Source: Pyrinomonadaceae bacterium (GTDB lineage Bacteria > Acidobacteriota > Blastocatellia > Pyrinomonadales > Pyrinomonadaceae). From it: DNA of 63,963 bases. The stretch spans positions 1-63,963 of the forward strand of contig JBGTLE010000184.1 of the NCBI GenBank assembly GCA_041744295.1, given 5' to 3'. The translations under genes were made by a program, and so were the position numbers. Below, in pieces: positions 46,588 to 56,019 of the stretch; position 1 is the stretch's first letter, and each line of letters starts with the position of its first letter. The notes beneath the pieces are model-generated. The model worked only from the letters and a program-made list of their open reading frames with translations, ran no database searches and had not been told where the DNA came from.

Positions 46588-47169
46588 ATGCGAATCATTG
46601 CCGGAAAGTATCGCGGACGAAACTTAAAGAGTCCGCCCTCGCTCGAGGTTCGGCCGACGTCCGATCGTTTGCGAGAGACTCTCTTCAACGTGCTCGCGCC
46701 GCGAATTCTGGAGACGCGCTTCCTCGATCTCTGTGCCGGTTCGGGCGCCATTGGAATCGAAGCGCTATCGCGCGGCGCGGCCCATGTCACTTTCGTCGAT
46801 CGCTCGCGCAAGATGTGCGGTCTGGTGGAAGCCAATCTCGATTTGGCGCGTGTCCCCGAAGATGAAACGGAAGTTATTCAATCTGAAGCGACGGAGTTCC
46901 TGCGCTTGGTGTCCAGAAAAGAAGGCAAACGAAAGTTTAACCTAACCGGATCATGGGACATCGTCTTCTTTGATCCACCGTACGCCACTGACTATCTCGC
47001 CGTGTTGGAGCTGTTTGCGTCGCATACCGCCGAACTGCTCAGCGACGATGGTTTACTCGTACTTGAGCATCATCACAAGAACAGTCTGCCCGAGGAGATT
47101 GGGAAGTTGCGCCGCACAAGAGTTTTGAAGCAAGGAGATTCCGCGCTGAGTTTCTATTCAGCGCAGTGA
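46588..47169 (+). CDS. rsmD: 16S rRNA (guanine966-N2)-methyltransferase
   Basis: MRIIAGKYRGRNLKSP...RPTSDRLRETLFN, the SAM motif DLCAGSGAIGIEALSRGA, and DPPY. Confidence 0.9.
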   Translation: MRIIAGKYRGRNLKSPPSLEVRPTSDRLRETLFNVLAPRILETRFLDLCAGSGAIGIEALSRGAAHVTFVDRSRKMCGLVEANLDLARVPEDETEVIQSEATEFLRLVSRKEGKRKFNLTGSWDIVFFDPPYATDYLAVLELFASHTAELLSDDGLLVLEHHHKNSLPEEIGKLRRTRVLKQGDSALSFYSAQ

Positions 47170-47180
47170 GGCGAACGCAT

Positions 47181-47209
47181 TTAGCCGCTTCAACGAACGC
47201 TGCTAGAAT
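47181..47209 (+). promoter_or_regulatory. putative extended -10 promoter giving a leaderless tsaD transcript
   Basis: TTAGCC (47181-86), 17 nt, then TGcTAGAAT (47201-09). The ATG at 47216 is 7 nt after the -10 and no SD is present. Confidence 0.3.
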
Positions 47210-47215
47210 CCCCCT

Positions 47216-48292
47216 ATGCTGGTTCTCGGAATTGAAAGCTCCTGCGATGAAACCGCTGCCGCCGTTGTGCGCAACGGACGCGAAATCGTCTCCTCGGTTA
47301 TCGCTTCCCAGGTGGAAACACACAAACGCTTTGGCGGCGTAGTGCCAGAGCTCGCCTCTCGTGAACACCTCGACAAGATCGTCCCCATCGTAAACGAAGC
47401 TCTCGAGCGCGCGGGCGTTACTGCCATGGAGATCGACGGTTTAGCCGTCACGGTCGGCCCGGGCCTGGTCGGCTCGTTGCTCGTCGGCGTGTCGTATGCC
47501 AAGGCGATGGCCTTCGCGCTCAACAAACCGCTGGTGGGTGTGAACCATATCGAGGGCCACATTTATTCCGTGGCATTTGAGAACCCGCCGGTCGAGTATC
47601 CGGCGCTGGCGCTGGTGGTCTCGGGAGGGCATTCAAACCTTTTTTATGTGCCGGAACCCGGGCAATACAAAGTTCTGGCCCGAACGCGCGACGATGCCGC
47701 GGGCGAAGCATTCGACAAGGTGGCAAAGATGTTGGGCCTGGGATATCCCGGTGGTCCAATCATTGAGAGACTGGCACGCGAAGGCAATCCAAAGGCGGTG
47801 AAGTTTGCGATTCCCCGCATGGGTGACGGCACGCCCGATTTCAGTTTTAGTGGATTGAAGACCGCAGTCACGAAACATGTGCGCGAGGCGCGTTTGCAAC
47901 CAGTGCTTGAAGGAGAAGAAGCCGGTCAGGGAATAAAGGATCTGGCTGCGAGTTTTCAAAGCACAGTGGTGAGATCTCTGGTCGGTACGATGGAACGAGT
48001 TGCCGAAGACTATCGCCCCCAGACACTAATCGTTGCGGGAGGCGTGGCGTGCAATGGCGCGCTAAGGAGAGCGTCGAGCGAAGCCGCTGAGCGTTTGGGA
48101 GTTCCCATCTATTTCCCTTCACCGCATTTATCTACAGACAACGCTGCGATGATTGCGGCGGCGGGGACGGTGAAGCTGCAGGCAGGTGAACGAGCCGGCC
48201 TTGATCTCAATGCCGACGTGACCTTGCGGCTGCAGAATATGGATTTGGAAGCAGAGGCACTGAAACGCGCAGGGGCAAGATATCGGATGTAG
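47216..48292 (+). CDS. tsaD: tRNA N6-adenosine threonylcarbamoyltransferase
   Basis: [18 protein letters not shown]..., HIEGH and GGVACN motifs are present. Confidence 0.95.
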   Translation: MLVLGIESSCDETAAAVVRNGREIVSSVIASQVETHKRFGGVVPELASREHLDKIVPIVNEALERAGVTAMEIDGLAVTVGPGLVGSLLVGVSYAKAMAFALNKPLVGVNHIEGHIYSVAFENPPVEYPALALVVSGGHSNLFYVPEPGQYKVLARTRDDAAGEAFDKVAKMLGLGYPGGPIIERLAREGNPKAVKFAIPRMGDGTPDFSFSGLKTAVTKHVREARLQPVLEGEEAGQGIKDLAASFQSTVVRSLVGTMERVAEDYRPQTLIVAGGVACNGALRRASSEAAERLGVPIYFPSPHLSTDNAAMIAAAGTVKLQAGERAGLDLNADVTLRLQNMDLEAEALKRAGARYRM

Positions 48293-48293
48293 G

Positions 48294-48330
48294 TCTCAGA
48301 TCTCAGATCTCAGATCTGAGATTTGAGATT
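48294..48330. repeat. TCTCAGA/TCTGAGA heptamer hairpin (bidirectional terminator candidate)
   Basis: Three TCTCAGA units are followed immediately by TCTGAGA and TTTGAGA. The hairpin occupies almost all of the 42-bp spacer between convergent tsaD and qor. Confidence 0.9.
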
Positions 48331-48334
48331 GGCC

Positions 48335-49303
48335 TCAGGGAATCAACAGCAGCTTGCCGGTAGTCTTTCGACCTTCCAGATCGCGGTGCGCTTGCTGAGC
48401 TTCTTCAAGCGGATAGGTCTTATGGATTCGCAGCTTTAGCTCACCACTCACAATCGCTCCCAACACATCGCCGGCGCGCCTATCGAGTTCTTCGCGTGTT
48501 GCTGTGTAATGGGCGAGTGTCGGTCGGGTAATAAACAGTGATCCCTTTTGCGAAAGCTTGATCAGGTCGAAAGGCGGAACGGCTCCACTTGCGCCACCAA
48601 AAAGAACCAGATAGCCACGCGGGCGCAGAACGTTTAGATCTTTTTCGAAAGTGCTCTTGCCTACTCCATCAAATACGACATGCACGCCCTGACCGTCTGT
48701 CAGTCTTCGCGTCTCAGTTTCAAAATCGTTCCTGGTGTAAATAATCACTTCGTCTGCACCCGCTTCGCGAGCGAGTTGCGCCTTCTCTTCTGAGCCCGTG
48801 GTTGCGATGACGCGCGCGCCCAGCCGTTTAGACATCTGCACCAGCAGCAAGCCGACACCACCGGAGGCCGCGTGAATCAAGGCGGTCTCACCCGCCTTCA
48901 GCGGATAGGTACTGCGGCAGAGGTAATGCGCGGTCATGCCCTGCAGCATCGCGGCGGCTGCCTGATTGAAATCGAGTGCGGCTGGAATGTGCACCAGGCG
49001 AGCGGCCGGCACTGCGGCATATTCAGCATAGCTGCCGAGCGCACCAACGTAAGCAACGCGATCGCCAACCTTGACGTTGGTTAGATCAACGCCGATCGCG
49101 GTCACAATTCCAGCGCCCTCTTGTCCGTCGATGAATGGCAGGGGTGCGGGATAGCGGCCTTCGCGAAAGTAGATGTCGATAAAGTTAACGCCAGCCGCTT
49201 TGAGCTGAACGACAGCCTCGTTTGGCTTGGGTTCGGGGACAGGTAGCTCGACGAGCGTGAGAACTTCAGGACCACCGGGTTTGGAGACTTGTATGGCGCG
49301 CAT
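48335..49303 (-). CDS. qor: NADPH:quinone oxidoreductase (zeta-crystallin-like MDR)
   Basis: MRAIQVSKPGGPEVL..., the Rossmann motif AASGGVGLLLVQ, and the C-terminal TGKLLLIP. Confidence 0.85.
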   Translation of the reverse strand: MRAIQVSKPGGPEVLTLVELPVPEPKPNEAVVQLKAAGVNFIDIYFREGRYPAPLPFIDGQEGAGIVTAIGVDLTNVKVGDRVAYVGALGSYAEYAAVPAARLVHIPAALDFNQAAAAMLQGMTAHYLCRSTYPLKAGETALIHAASGGVGLLLVQMSKRLGARVIATTGSEEKAQLAREAGADEVIIYTRNDFETETRRLTDGQGVHVVFDGVGKSTFEKDLNVLRPRGYLVLFGGASGAVPPFDLIKLSQKGSLFITRPTLAHYTATREELDRRAGDVLGAIVSGELKLRIHKTYPLEEAQQAHRDLEGRKTTGKLLLIP

Positions 49304-49312
49304 AGGAAAGGA

Positions 49313-49624
49313 TAGTTTCTAGTTTTTAGTTTCGAGTTTTTAGTTTCTAGCTTTGCGTCTCTGGTTCTGATTCTGGTTTCGAGTCATGTATTTGTCGACT
49401 ATCAGAGATGGCATGTTCAGGACATGAAGTCAGTACCACCTCGCGGTAGCGGGTGGGCCCGTGGCAGATGGGAGCGCTCAATTATCAACAGCCCACCCGC
49501 TACCGCACGGTGGTACTGACTTCATGTTCCCAGTACTAACGCTTGATCGAGAATTCAACCGCAAACGAAAGCCCCGAACGCTACACTCACGAACTCGAAA
49601 CTTGAAACTCGAAACTTGAAACTT
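49313..49624. repeat. nested palindrome: TTTCGAG/TTTCTAG-family outer arms around a 36-bp inner inverted repeat
   Basis: Outer arms are tagtttctagtttttagtttcgagtttttagtttctag (49313-49350) and cgaactcgaaacttgaaactcgaaacttgaaact (49590-49624). Inner arms are catgaagtcagtaccacctcgcggtagcgggtgggc (49423-49458) and gcccacccgctaccgcacggtggtactgacttcatg (49491-49526). Confidence 0.9.
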
Positions 49625-49664
49625 CTTGCATCTGGCCTCGTCACGCGAGGCCCGTTTGGCCTTA

Positions 49665-50510
49665 TCAACCCTCGATGACGTCCATCTCGCTTACTGCCTT
49701 CTTCTCATAAGCGGCGATGGTCGCGATGTTTCGTTTCTCAATCGCATTCAGAGAGTTTTCCGTGAACTCCGGATCGGGCTTGTACCAGTCGAAACTCGAA
49801 AAGTACTTTTGCAGCCATGGCTCCTTGAACATCAATTCCGAAATCCTGCGATTCTCGAAGAGCTCCCTGTCTCCCGGAGAAAGTCGCAGGCGTCGTTGCA
49901 GTTTCTGCGCGGCAGCAATCGTTTGTAGATTCTTTCGCTCGAGCTCAGACAGCAGCTTGGGATCGTATTTTTCGCTGGGCTGGTACCAGTAGCGTTCATC
50001 AAAGTACTGCTGCAACCAGGGGTCGTTCTCGAACCGTTTTCCATGAATCGCTTCCAACTCGGCCCGCAAAACAATCCACTCGGCATTGCTGTGGGTGCCC
50101 AGCTTCTTTCTCGTCAGCAGCTTGGTTCGGTAGTGACGCAGATCGCCGGGTTGCACTTGATCGTGCTGAGCCGCCTCAGCGTCTCGAATCAAGTCGAGAC
50201 TCTGGCGCTCAACCGCGGTGAGCATTGAATTCTTAAAATCCGGATTGGGCTTATACCAGTCGCGGGCTGCGAGGTATTGGCGGATGGCAGGATCTTTGAA
50301 AACGCGACCGTGCTTGCCGAAAATAAGACCGCGCAGCAGTTTCAGATCTTCGAGCGTGAGATCCTTGAGCTGGTCAGGCTTGATCGCGGTGGCTTGAAAA
50401 TCGAACGTGCCCCACTTTTCGAGAGCGTCCTGAGCCATCAACCCGCCCGGCGCCAACACCAGGGCGATAAAACCTATCGCAAGAAAACGTTTCGAAGCTT
50501 TCAGCATCAA
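49665..50510 (-). CDS. secreted protein with three YARHG-like repeats
   Basis: Signal peptide, then three copies of a ...HG+.F.dp.lqqYf....WY.P.p.f unit (e.g. IFGKHGRVFKDPAIRQYLAARDWYKPNPDF). Confidence 0.6.
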   Translation of the reverse strand: MMLKASKRFLAIGFIALVLAPGGLMAQDALEKWGTFDFQATAIKPDQLKDLTLEDLKLLRGLIFGKHGRVFKDPAIRQYLAARDWYKPNPDFKNSMLTAVERQSLDLIRDAEAAQHDQVQPGDLRHYRTKLLTRKKLGTHSNAEWIVLRAELEAIHGKRFENDPWLQQYFDERYWYQPSEKYDPKLLSELERKNLQTIAAAQKLQRRLRLSPGDRELFENRRISELMFKEPWLQKYFSSFDWYKPDPEFTENSLNAIEKRNIATIAAYEKKAVSEMDVIEG

Positions 50511-50622
50511 TTTGTTCCTTCCGATTATCGACCTGACTCTACAGCAAAAAGCCGCCCAAACTGTTTTTCAGTTTGAACGGCTTGATCAGGTGTGGGCTGA
50601 TTTGTGCAAGAGTAAGAAGACC

Positions 50623-51741
50623 TCAGCCAAAGATGTCGCGGACTTTGTCTACCAGTCCTTTATCCTCCAGATCCTTGTTCTCAACCGCCTCGAGTTGCTC
50701 GAGCAGCTTTCGCTGTTCCCGAGTCAACGATGTCGGCGTCACCACGCTGACCGCGATAAACAGATCGCCGCGACCACGGCCGCCGAGCACCGGCATTCCT
50801 TTGCCTTTGAGACGAAAGACCGTACCTGTCTGTGTGCCCATCGGAATCTTGAGTCTCTCATCATCCTCGAGAGTCCTCACTGCCACGTCGGCTCCCAACG
50901 CTGCCTGTGCAAAAGTTACCGGCACGGACGCGTAAATGTTACTGCCCTGACGCTCAAACTGTTCATGCTCGGAGATGTGGAGCACAACGTAAAGGTCGCC
51001 GGCCGGGCCACCTTGCGTGCCGGCCTCACCTTCGCCCTGAACTCGCAGCCTGGATCCCGTTTCGACGCCGGCGGGAATCTTGACTTCCATCTCCTTCTCT
51101 TTTTCGATCCGCCCGGCGCCGCGACAATCTTGGCAAGGGTTCTTGATTACTCGACCCGTGCCTCGACACGCGTGACACGTGCGCGCGACGGAAAAGAAGC
51201 CCTGCTGATAACGAACCTGGCCACTCCCGGCGCACGTGTGACAAGTTTCAGGAAGTGTTCCCTTGGTCGCGCCATTGCCGTCGCAAACCTCACAAGTTTC
51301 CAAACGCGGTATTCTCAACTGCGCCGTCATCCCGCGATAGGCTTCCTCGAGCGAAATCTCAAGATCGTAGCGCAAGTCAGCACCGCGTTGTGCGGCCGAC
51401 CGGCGACCTCCCGCGCGGGCACCACCGAAAACGTCTCCGAAACCAAACAAATCTCCGAGAATGTCTTCGATTCCGCCGAAGCCCGGCGCGCCCCAGTTGG
51501 CATTTCCGCTGGCGCTCGCAACTCCGGCATGACCAAAACGATCATAACGGCGACGCTGTTCAGCGTCGGCAAGTACGCTGTAAGCCTCGGCGGCTTCTTT
51601 AAACTTTTCTTCGGCTGATGCGTCGTTCGGGTTTTTGTCCGGATGAAACTTCACGGCTAGGCGACGATAAGCGCTCTTGATCTCCTGATCAGTTGCTGTT
51701 CGACTGATACTAAGTACTTCGTAATAATCTCGTTTACTCAT
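50623..51741 (-). CDS. dnaJ: molecular chaperone DnaJ
   Basis: J domain (DYYEVLSISRTATDQEIKSAYRRLAVKFHPDKN), a G-rich linker and four CxxCxGxG zinc motifs. Confidence 0.95.
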   Translation of the reverse strand: MSKRDYYEVLSISRTATDQEIKSAYRRLAVKFHPDKNPNDASAEEKFKEAAEAYSVLADAEQRRRYDRFGHAGVASASGNANWGAPGFGGIEDILGDLFGFGDVFGGARAGGRRSAAQRGADLRYDLEISLEEAYRGMTAQLRIPRLETCEVCDGNGATKGTLPETCHTCAGSGQVRYQQGFFSVARTCHACRGTGRVIKNPCQDCRGAGRIEKEKEMEVKIPAGVETGSRLRVQGEGEAGTQGGPAGDLYVVLHISEHEQFERQGSNIYASVPVTFAQAALGADVAVRTLEDDERLKIPMGTQTGTVFRLKGKGMPVLGGRGRGDLFIAVSVVTPTSLTREQRKLLEQLEAVENKDLEDKGLVDKVRDIFG

Positions 51742-51794
51742 TAAGCGATCTGTAACCTCGATTTATTAATACTCATTTCGGATCTGTGATCGAG

Positions 51795-53636
51795 CTAGAC
51801 TGGATCTTCAGCGCCTTTAGGAATGTTCTCACCTGCAGGATCCATCATAGCGGCTGTTAACTGACCAGCGATTCGCTCGAGCCCGTTCAGCGCCATGTTC
51901 AGCTCCTCAAGATTATTGGACTTGCAGGCGGCTTCGCCTTCAGCAAAGACCCTTTCAGCAATCTCCTGATCATTGGCTGACAGCATGCCCCCATACTTTG
52001 TGAACGACTTCTGGGTGTTGCGCAACATGGATTCAAGTTTGTTGCGCAAAACCACTATCTCCTTCGCTTCCCGATCGGTGTCGGCCGAAGCCTCGGCTTC
52101 CTTAATCAGTTGCTCAATTTCATCCGGCGCCAAGCCGGAAGTGGGAGTGATGCGCATCTGCTGTTCGCGACCTGTTGCCTTGTCCTGCGCTGAGACGGAA
52201 ACGATGCCGTTAGCGTCAACCTCGAAAGAGACCTCGATTTGAGGAACACCGCGCGGGCTCGGCGGAATCCCCACCAGCTCGAATTTTCCGAGCGAACGGT
52301 TGCCTTCCGCAACTTCGCGCTCACCCTGCAAAATGTGAATCTCCACAGATGACTGATTGTCGACAACGGTCGTAAACGTGAGACCGTTGCGCAGCGGAAT
52401 CGTGGAATTGCGATCAATGATCTTGGTGAATAATCCGCCGCGAGTCTCCAAACCCAAACTCAAGGGCAAAACGTCCAGCAGGACGATGTCCTTAACGTCT
52501 CCGGTCAACACGCCACCCTGGATCGCCGCTCCCATGGCGACGACTTCGTCTGGATTGATCTCGGCCGAAGGTCGTTTACCAAAGATCCGCTCCACGGTTC
52601 GCTCAACAATTGGCGAGCGTGTCTGGCCGCCCACAAGAATGACTTTGTCGATATCCGACGGTCGCAGCTTTGCGTCCTGGAGCGCCTTTTGACAGGGCTC
52701 GACAGTCTGCTCGATCAAATCGCTAACAAGGTTCTCAAACTCTTCGCGAGAGAGAGACTTGTTAAAGTGCTTCGGCCCCGTTGCGTCGGCTGCAATAAAG
52801 GGAAGGTTGATGTTCGTTTCACTGGAACTGGACAACTCGCATTTGGCACGCTCCGCCACTTCCTTCAAACGCTGGAGCGCCAGCCGATCCTGCCGCAGGT
52901 CAATTCCGGTATCAGCAAGGAATTTATCCGCCATCCAATTCATGATGCGTTCGTCAAGATCCTCGCCACCCAGAAAAGTGTTGCCCGAAGTGGCTAGTAC
53001 TTCGAACACGCCGTCGTTCATCTCGAGAATCGAAATATCAAAGGTACCGCCACCCAAATCGTAGACAGCGATTCGCTCGACATCTGAACGGCCAAGGCCA
53101 TAAGCGAGCGCCGCGGCTGTCGGCTCGTTGATGATTCGTTCAACTTTGAGTCCGGCGATTTTGCCGGCGTCTTTTGTTGCCTGTCTCTGCGTGTCGTCAA
53201 AATAAGCCGGGACGGTAATGATTGCATCGGTAACGGCTTCACCGAGGAAATCTTCAGCGGCGGCTTTCAACCTTTGCAGCACTATCCCTGACAATTCTGG
53301 GGGACTATAACTACGGCCCTGGACGCGAATTCGAGCGTCACCATTCGGCGAGTCAATCATCTCAAAGGCAGAAGTCTCGCGCATTCGCTGGACTTCAGGC
53401 GAGTTGAACTTTCGCCCGATCAGCCGCTTGACTGCGTAGACAGTATTCGCGGCATTAGTCACAGCTTGACGCTTGGCGATCTGCCCAACCAGGCGTTCAC
53501 CCTTATCGGTAAAGCCCACGACACTCGGCGTGGTGCGCCCGCCTTCTTTGTTTGGCACGATCTGAACTGCGCCGCCTTCGAGGACAGCAACGCAGCAGTT
53601 GGTCGTTCCCAAATCGATTCCGATTGCTTTTCCCAT
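51795..53636 (-). CDS. dnaK: molecular chaperone DnaK
   Basis: The Hsp70 signatures IGIDLGTTNCCVAV, DLGGGTFD and VILVGGQTR are present. Confidence 0.97.
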   Translation of the reverse strand: MGKAIGIDLGTTNCCVAVLEGGAVQIVPNKEGGRTTPSVVGFTDKGERLVGQIAKRQAVTNAANTVYAVKRLIGRKFNSPEVQRMRETSAFEMIDSPNGDARIRVQGRSYSPPELSGIVLQRLKAAAEDFLGEAVTDAIITVPAYFDDTQRQATKDAGKIAGLKVERIINEPTAAALAYGLGRSDVERIAVYDLGGGTFDISILEMNDGVFEVLATSGNTFLGGEDLDERIMNWMADKFLADTGIDLRQDRLALQRLKEVAERAKCELSSSSETNINLPFIAADATGPKHFNKSLSREEFENLVSDLIEQTVEPCQKALQDAKLRPSDIDKVILVGGQTRSPIVERTVERIFGKRPSAEINPDEVVAMGAAIQGGVLTGDVKDIVLLDVLPLSLGLETRGGLFTKIIDRNSTIPLRNGLTFTTVVDNQSSVEIHILQGEREVAEGNRSLGKFELVGIPPSPRGVPQIEVSFEVDANGIVSVSAQDKATGREQQMRITPTSGLAPDEIEQLIKEAEASADTDREAKEIVVLRNKLESMLRNTQKSFTKYGGMLSANDQEIAERVFAEGEAACKSNNLEELNMALNGLERIAGQLTAAMMDPAGENIPKGAEDPV

Positions 53637-53656
53637 CAGTCAGTCCAAACCGTCCG

Positions 53657-54409
53657 CTACTTTTTGGTGGCCACTTTCACAAGCGAAGGTCGAATCAGCT
53701 TGTCGCCCATTCGATAGCCTCGCACAATTTCCTGCATCACGGTGTCGGGTTCAAATTCATCAGAAGGCTCGGTAACAACCGCCTCGTGAAGATGCGGATT
53801 GAAGGTCTCGCCCACAGCAGGAATGGGTTTCACTCCCAAGGCATCGATTACGCCGTCGAGCTGCTTATGAATGAGATCAACACCGCTCAGAAAGTGCCGG
53901 AACTCATCCGATTCGCTGCTCTCAACCGTCTCTTCCGCGGCGAGTGCCCGTTTTAGGTTGTCGAGCACGGGTAGTAACTTTCCGGCGATATCGGCAACTA
54001 CCCGATTGTAGGTATCAGTGCGGTCGCGTTCGGTTCGTTTGCGATAGTTCTCAAAATCGGCCTGGCGGCGAGCCAGTCGATCCTTGAGCTCATTAACTTC
54101 CGCTTCGACCCTTTTTAGTTCAGCTCTGGTGGCGACTAGTTCCGCGACTAGCGGTCCGCCACCTTCCAGACTGCCTGAAGGACTTTGCGTAGGCGCTTCG
54201 GCAAGGTCATCTTCCCAGTTCAATTCGATTTCAGTCGGGTCGGTTTCTTCGTTCGGGTCCATTTCGTCACTTAAGTTTCTCTGCTCGTCGCCAGCTTCCT
54301 CTCTGTCAGTTTGCTCATCTCTGGTCATGGCGGAGTTGCTTTGGTCCGAATCCAGGAACCTGATCGGAATTCGTAACCATCGGCGTGTGTTTTTGTCGGA
54401 GGCCATCAC
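53657..54409 (-). CDS. grpE: nucleotide exchange factor GrpE
   Basis: Coiled-coil region ...LKDRLARRQADFENYRKRTERD... and C-terminal FNPHLHEAV...GYRMGDKLIRPSLVKV. The N-terminal start is uncertain. Confidence 0.9.
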   Translation of the reverse strand: MMASDKNTRRWLRIPIRFLDSDQSNSAMTRDEQTDREEAGDEQRNLSDEMDPNEETDPTEIELNWEDDLAEAPTQSPSGSLEGGGPLVAELVATRAELKRVEAEVNELKDRLARRQADFENYRKRTERDRTDTYNRVVADIAGKLLPVLDNLKRALAAEETVESSESDEFRHFLSGVDLIHKQLDGVIDALGVKPIPAVGETFNPHLHEAVVTEPSDEFEPDTVMQEIVRGYRMGDKLIRPSLVKVATKK

Positions 54410-54451
54410 CCTGTAGTTTGGACGTTAGCAAAGGGCTTTTTCAACGGCCAG

Positions 54452-55573
54452 TCAGTAAAGAGGAACTTCATCACTCAGTCTGCGCTCAATCAAGCGCGCC
54501 ATGTAGTTTACCATAGCCATTACGCGAGAATACTCGATCCGCATCGGACCAACGACGCCCAGCGTCCCCAGGCCTTCGCCGGAACCAAAGCGGTAAGGAG
54601 CGGTAATCAGCGTGCAGTTCCGCATTGAAGAGGTGGGATGCTCGCGTCCAATTACCACGCGAACTTCGTCCGAAGACGAGTACTGCTCGCGCGAGACGCA
54701 CTCGTTGAGAATCTTGATGAGCCGGGACTTCTCCTCAAAAGTTCTGAACAGCTCGCGCATCCGATCGATGTTTACGAAATCCGGTTTCGAAAGGATGTTA
54801 GAGGCGCCATCAACATAAACCTCGCCAGAACCTGACTCTTCGCCCTCAAGGCTCATGTCGCAAAGCAGTATTGCATTGCGAAGCAGCCGATCGTACAAAG
54901 CCTTCTCCTCGCGCATCAGCTCAAGTATCTCAGAACGAATTGCCAGCAGGCTCTTTCCAGTGAATTCAACGTTCAGATATCTCGCCGTGCGTTCCAACTC
55001 CTCTTGGTTGAGCGCGTCGTCGACACGAATGATCTTGTTGTGAACGTTGTTCGTGCCGGTCACAAGGACGACCAGAATTCGCCTGTCTGAAAGCAGCAGA
55101 AACTCAATATGCTTTAACTGGTTATCAGCAAACGACGGTGAGATGACGATGCCGACATTCTCCGACAGCTCGGAAAGCGCATGGGAAGCTCGCTCCATGA
55201 GCCGGTCGGAAGACACGGAGTCCATATCGCTGGACACAAAGACACGGTCAATCGCATTCAGATCCGATCGCAAAAGCCGTGTCTCACCCAACATATGATC
55301 TACGTAGTAGCGATATCCCTTGTCGGTCGGCACGCGGCCCGCGGAAGTATGAGGCTGCTCGACCAATCCGGCATCCTCGAGTTCTCCCATCACGTTCCTG
55401 ATCGTGGCTGAGCTCCAGCCATGACGGTTGGCAAAGCGCTCAGACAGAACTTTTGAACCGACTGCGTCTCCGGTAACAAGATGCTCTTTGATAATCGCGG
55501 ACAGCACAGCTTCGCCGCGAGAATCAGGAGCCTCTTTAGGATTGGGGTCGAGGTTTGAGCGGCGACGGGGCAT
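54452..55573 (-). CDS. hrcA: heat-inducible transcription repressor HrcA
   Basis: Winged-helix N-terminus (VLSAIIKEHLVTGDAVGSKVLSERF...SATIRNVMGELEDAGLVEQPHTSAGRVPTDKGYRYYVD). The start was chosen at ATG 55571-55573. Confidence 0.9.
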   Translation of the reverse strand: MPRRRSNLDPNPKEAPDSRGEAVLSAIIKEHLVTGDAVGSKVLSERFANRHGWSSATIRNVMGELEDAGLVEQPHTSAGRVPTDKGYRYYVDHMLGETRLLRSDLNAIDRVFVSSDMDSVSSDRLMERASHALSELSENVGIVISPSFADNQLKHIEFLLLSDRRILVVLVTGTNNVHNKIIRVDDALNQEELERTARYLNVEFTGKSLLAIRSEILELMREEKALYDRLLRNAILLCDMSLEGEESGSGEVYVDGASNILSKPDFVNIDRMRELFRTFEEKSRLIKILNECVSREQYSSSDEVRVVIGREHPTSSMRNCTLITAPYRFGSGEGLGTLGVVGPMRIEYSRVMAMVNYMARLIERRLSDEVPLY

Positions 55574-56019
55574 CAGTAATTCAAAATTACGCCTTATTGT
55601 TGGGATTTCCGTTGGGTGATACGGCTTTTCCAGCCGACGCTCGCAGTATAAAGGAATCTGTAACATGCCTGCAAACGTTGCTTTGGCTTTGCTGCTCGGG
55701 GTGGGAAGCCGACCGGGCAGCCAGCGCGTAAGAGCAGGGTTCGTCAGCTTAAGCTGCTGACTGGCAATAAGTTAGCTGGCCAGGTACACGAGAGTGGTGC
55801 CCTTTGCGTGCTGCAGAAGCGGATATTTGCACTTTTACAGGGCCTTTTTGTCCCCCGCCCGGGCGACATTGACGGTCAGCCGGTCCCCTACTTAAGATAA
55901 GTACCACACTGGATTCTGTGGCCCCGGGATCTCCGGCTAGTTTTTACGCTCCCTAACTTCTGCGTTCCGAAAGCAGGTCTCCGCTCAAACCTGCAAGTGA
56001 TCGGTAACTGTCACGCGCA

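Noticed and set aside
50512-51618. 368-aa plus-strand ORF, and other long antisense ORFs (3833-4468, 9153-9788, 36909-37652, 45827-46501, 20307-20975, 5772-6290)
   Set aside because: Each lies entirely antisense to a gene with unmistakable conserved motifs (dnaJ, thiL, rSAM, the PilX_N gene, recG, amidohydrolase, cysS). They have Arg/Ser/Pro-rich composition typical of spurious frames in GC-rich DNA.
55772-55800. ttagctggc-caggtacac-gagagtggtgc considered as the CIRCE operator of hrcA
   Set aside because: Only the TTAGC and GAG.GTG portions match TTAGCACTC-N9-GAGTGCTAA. The two halves are not complementary to each other, so it would not form the required inverted repeat.
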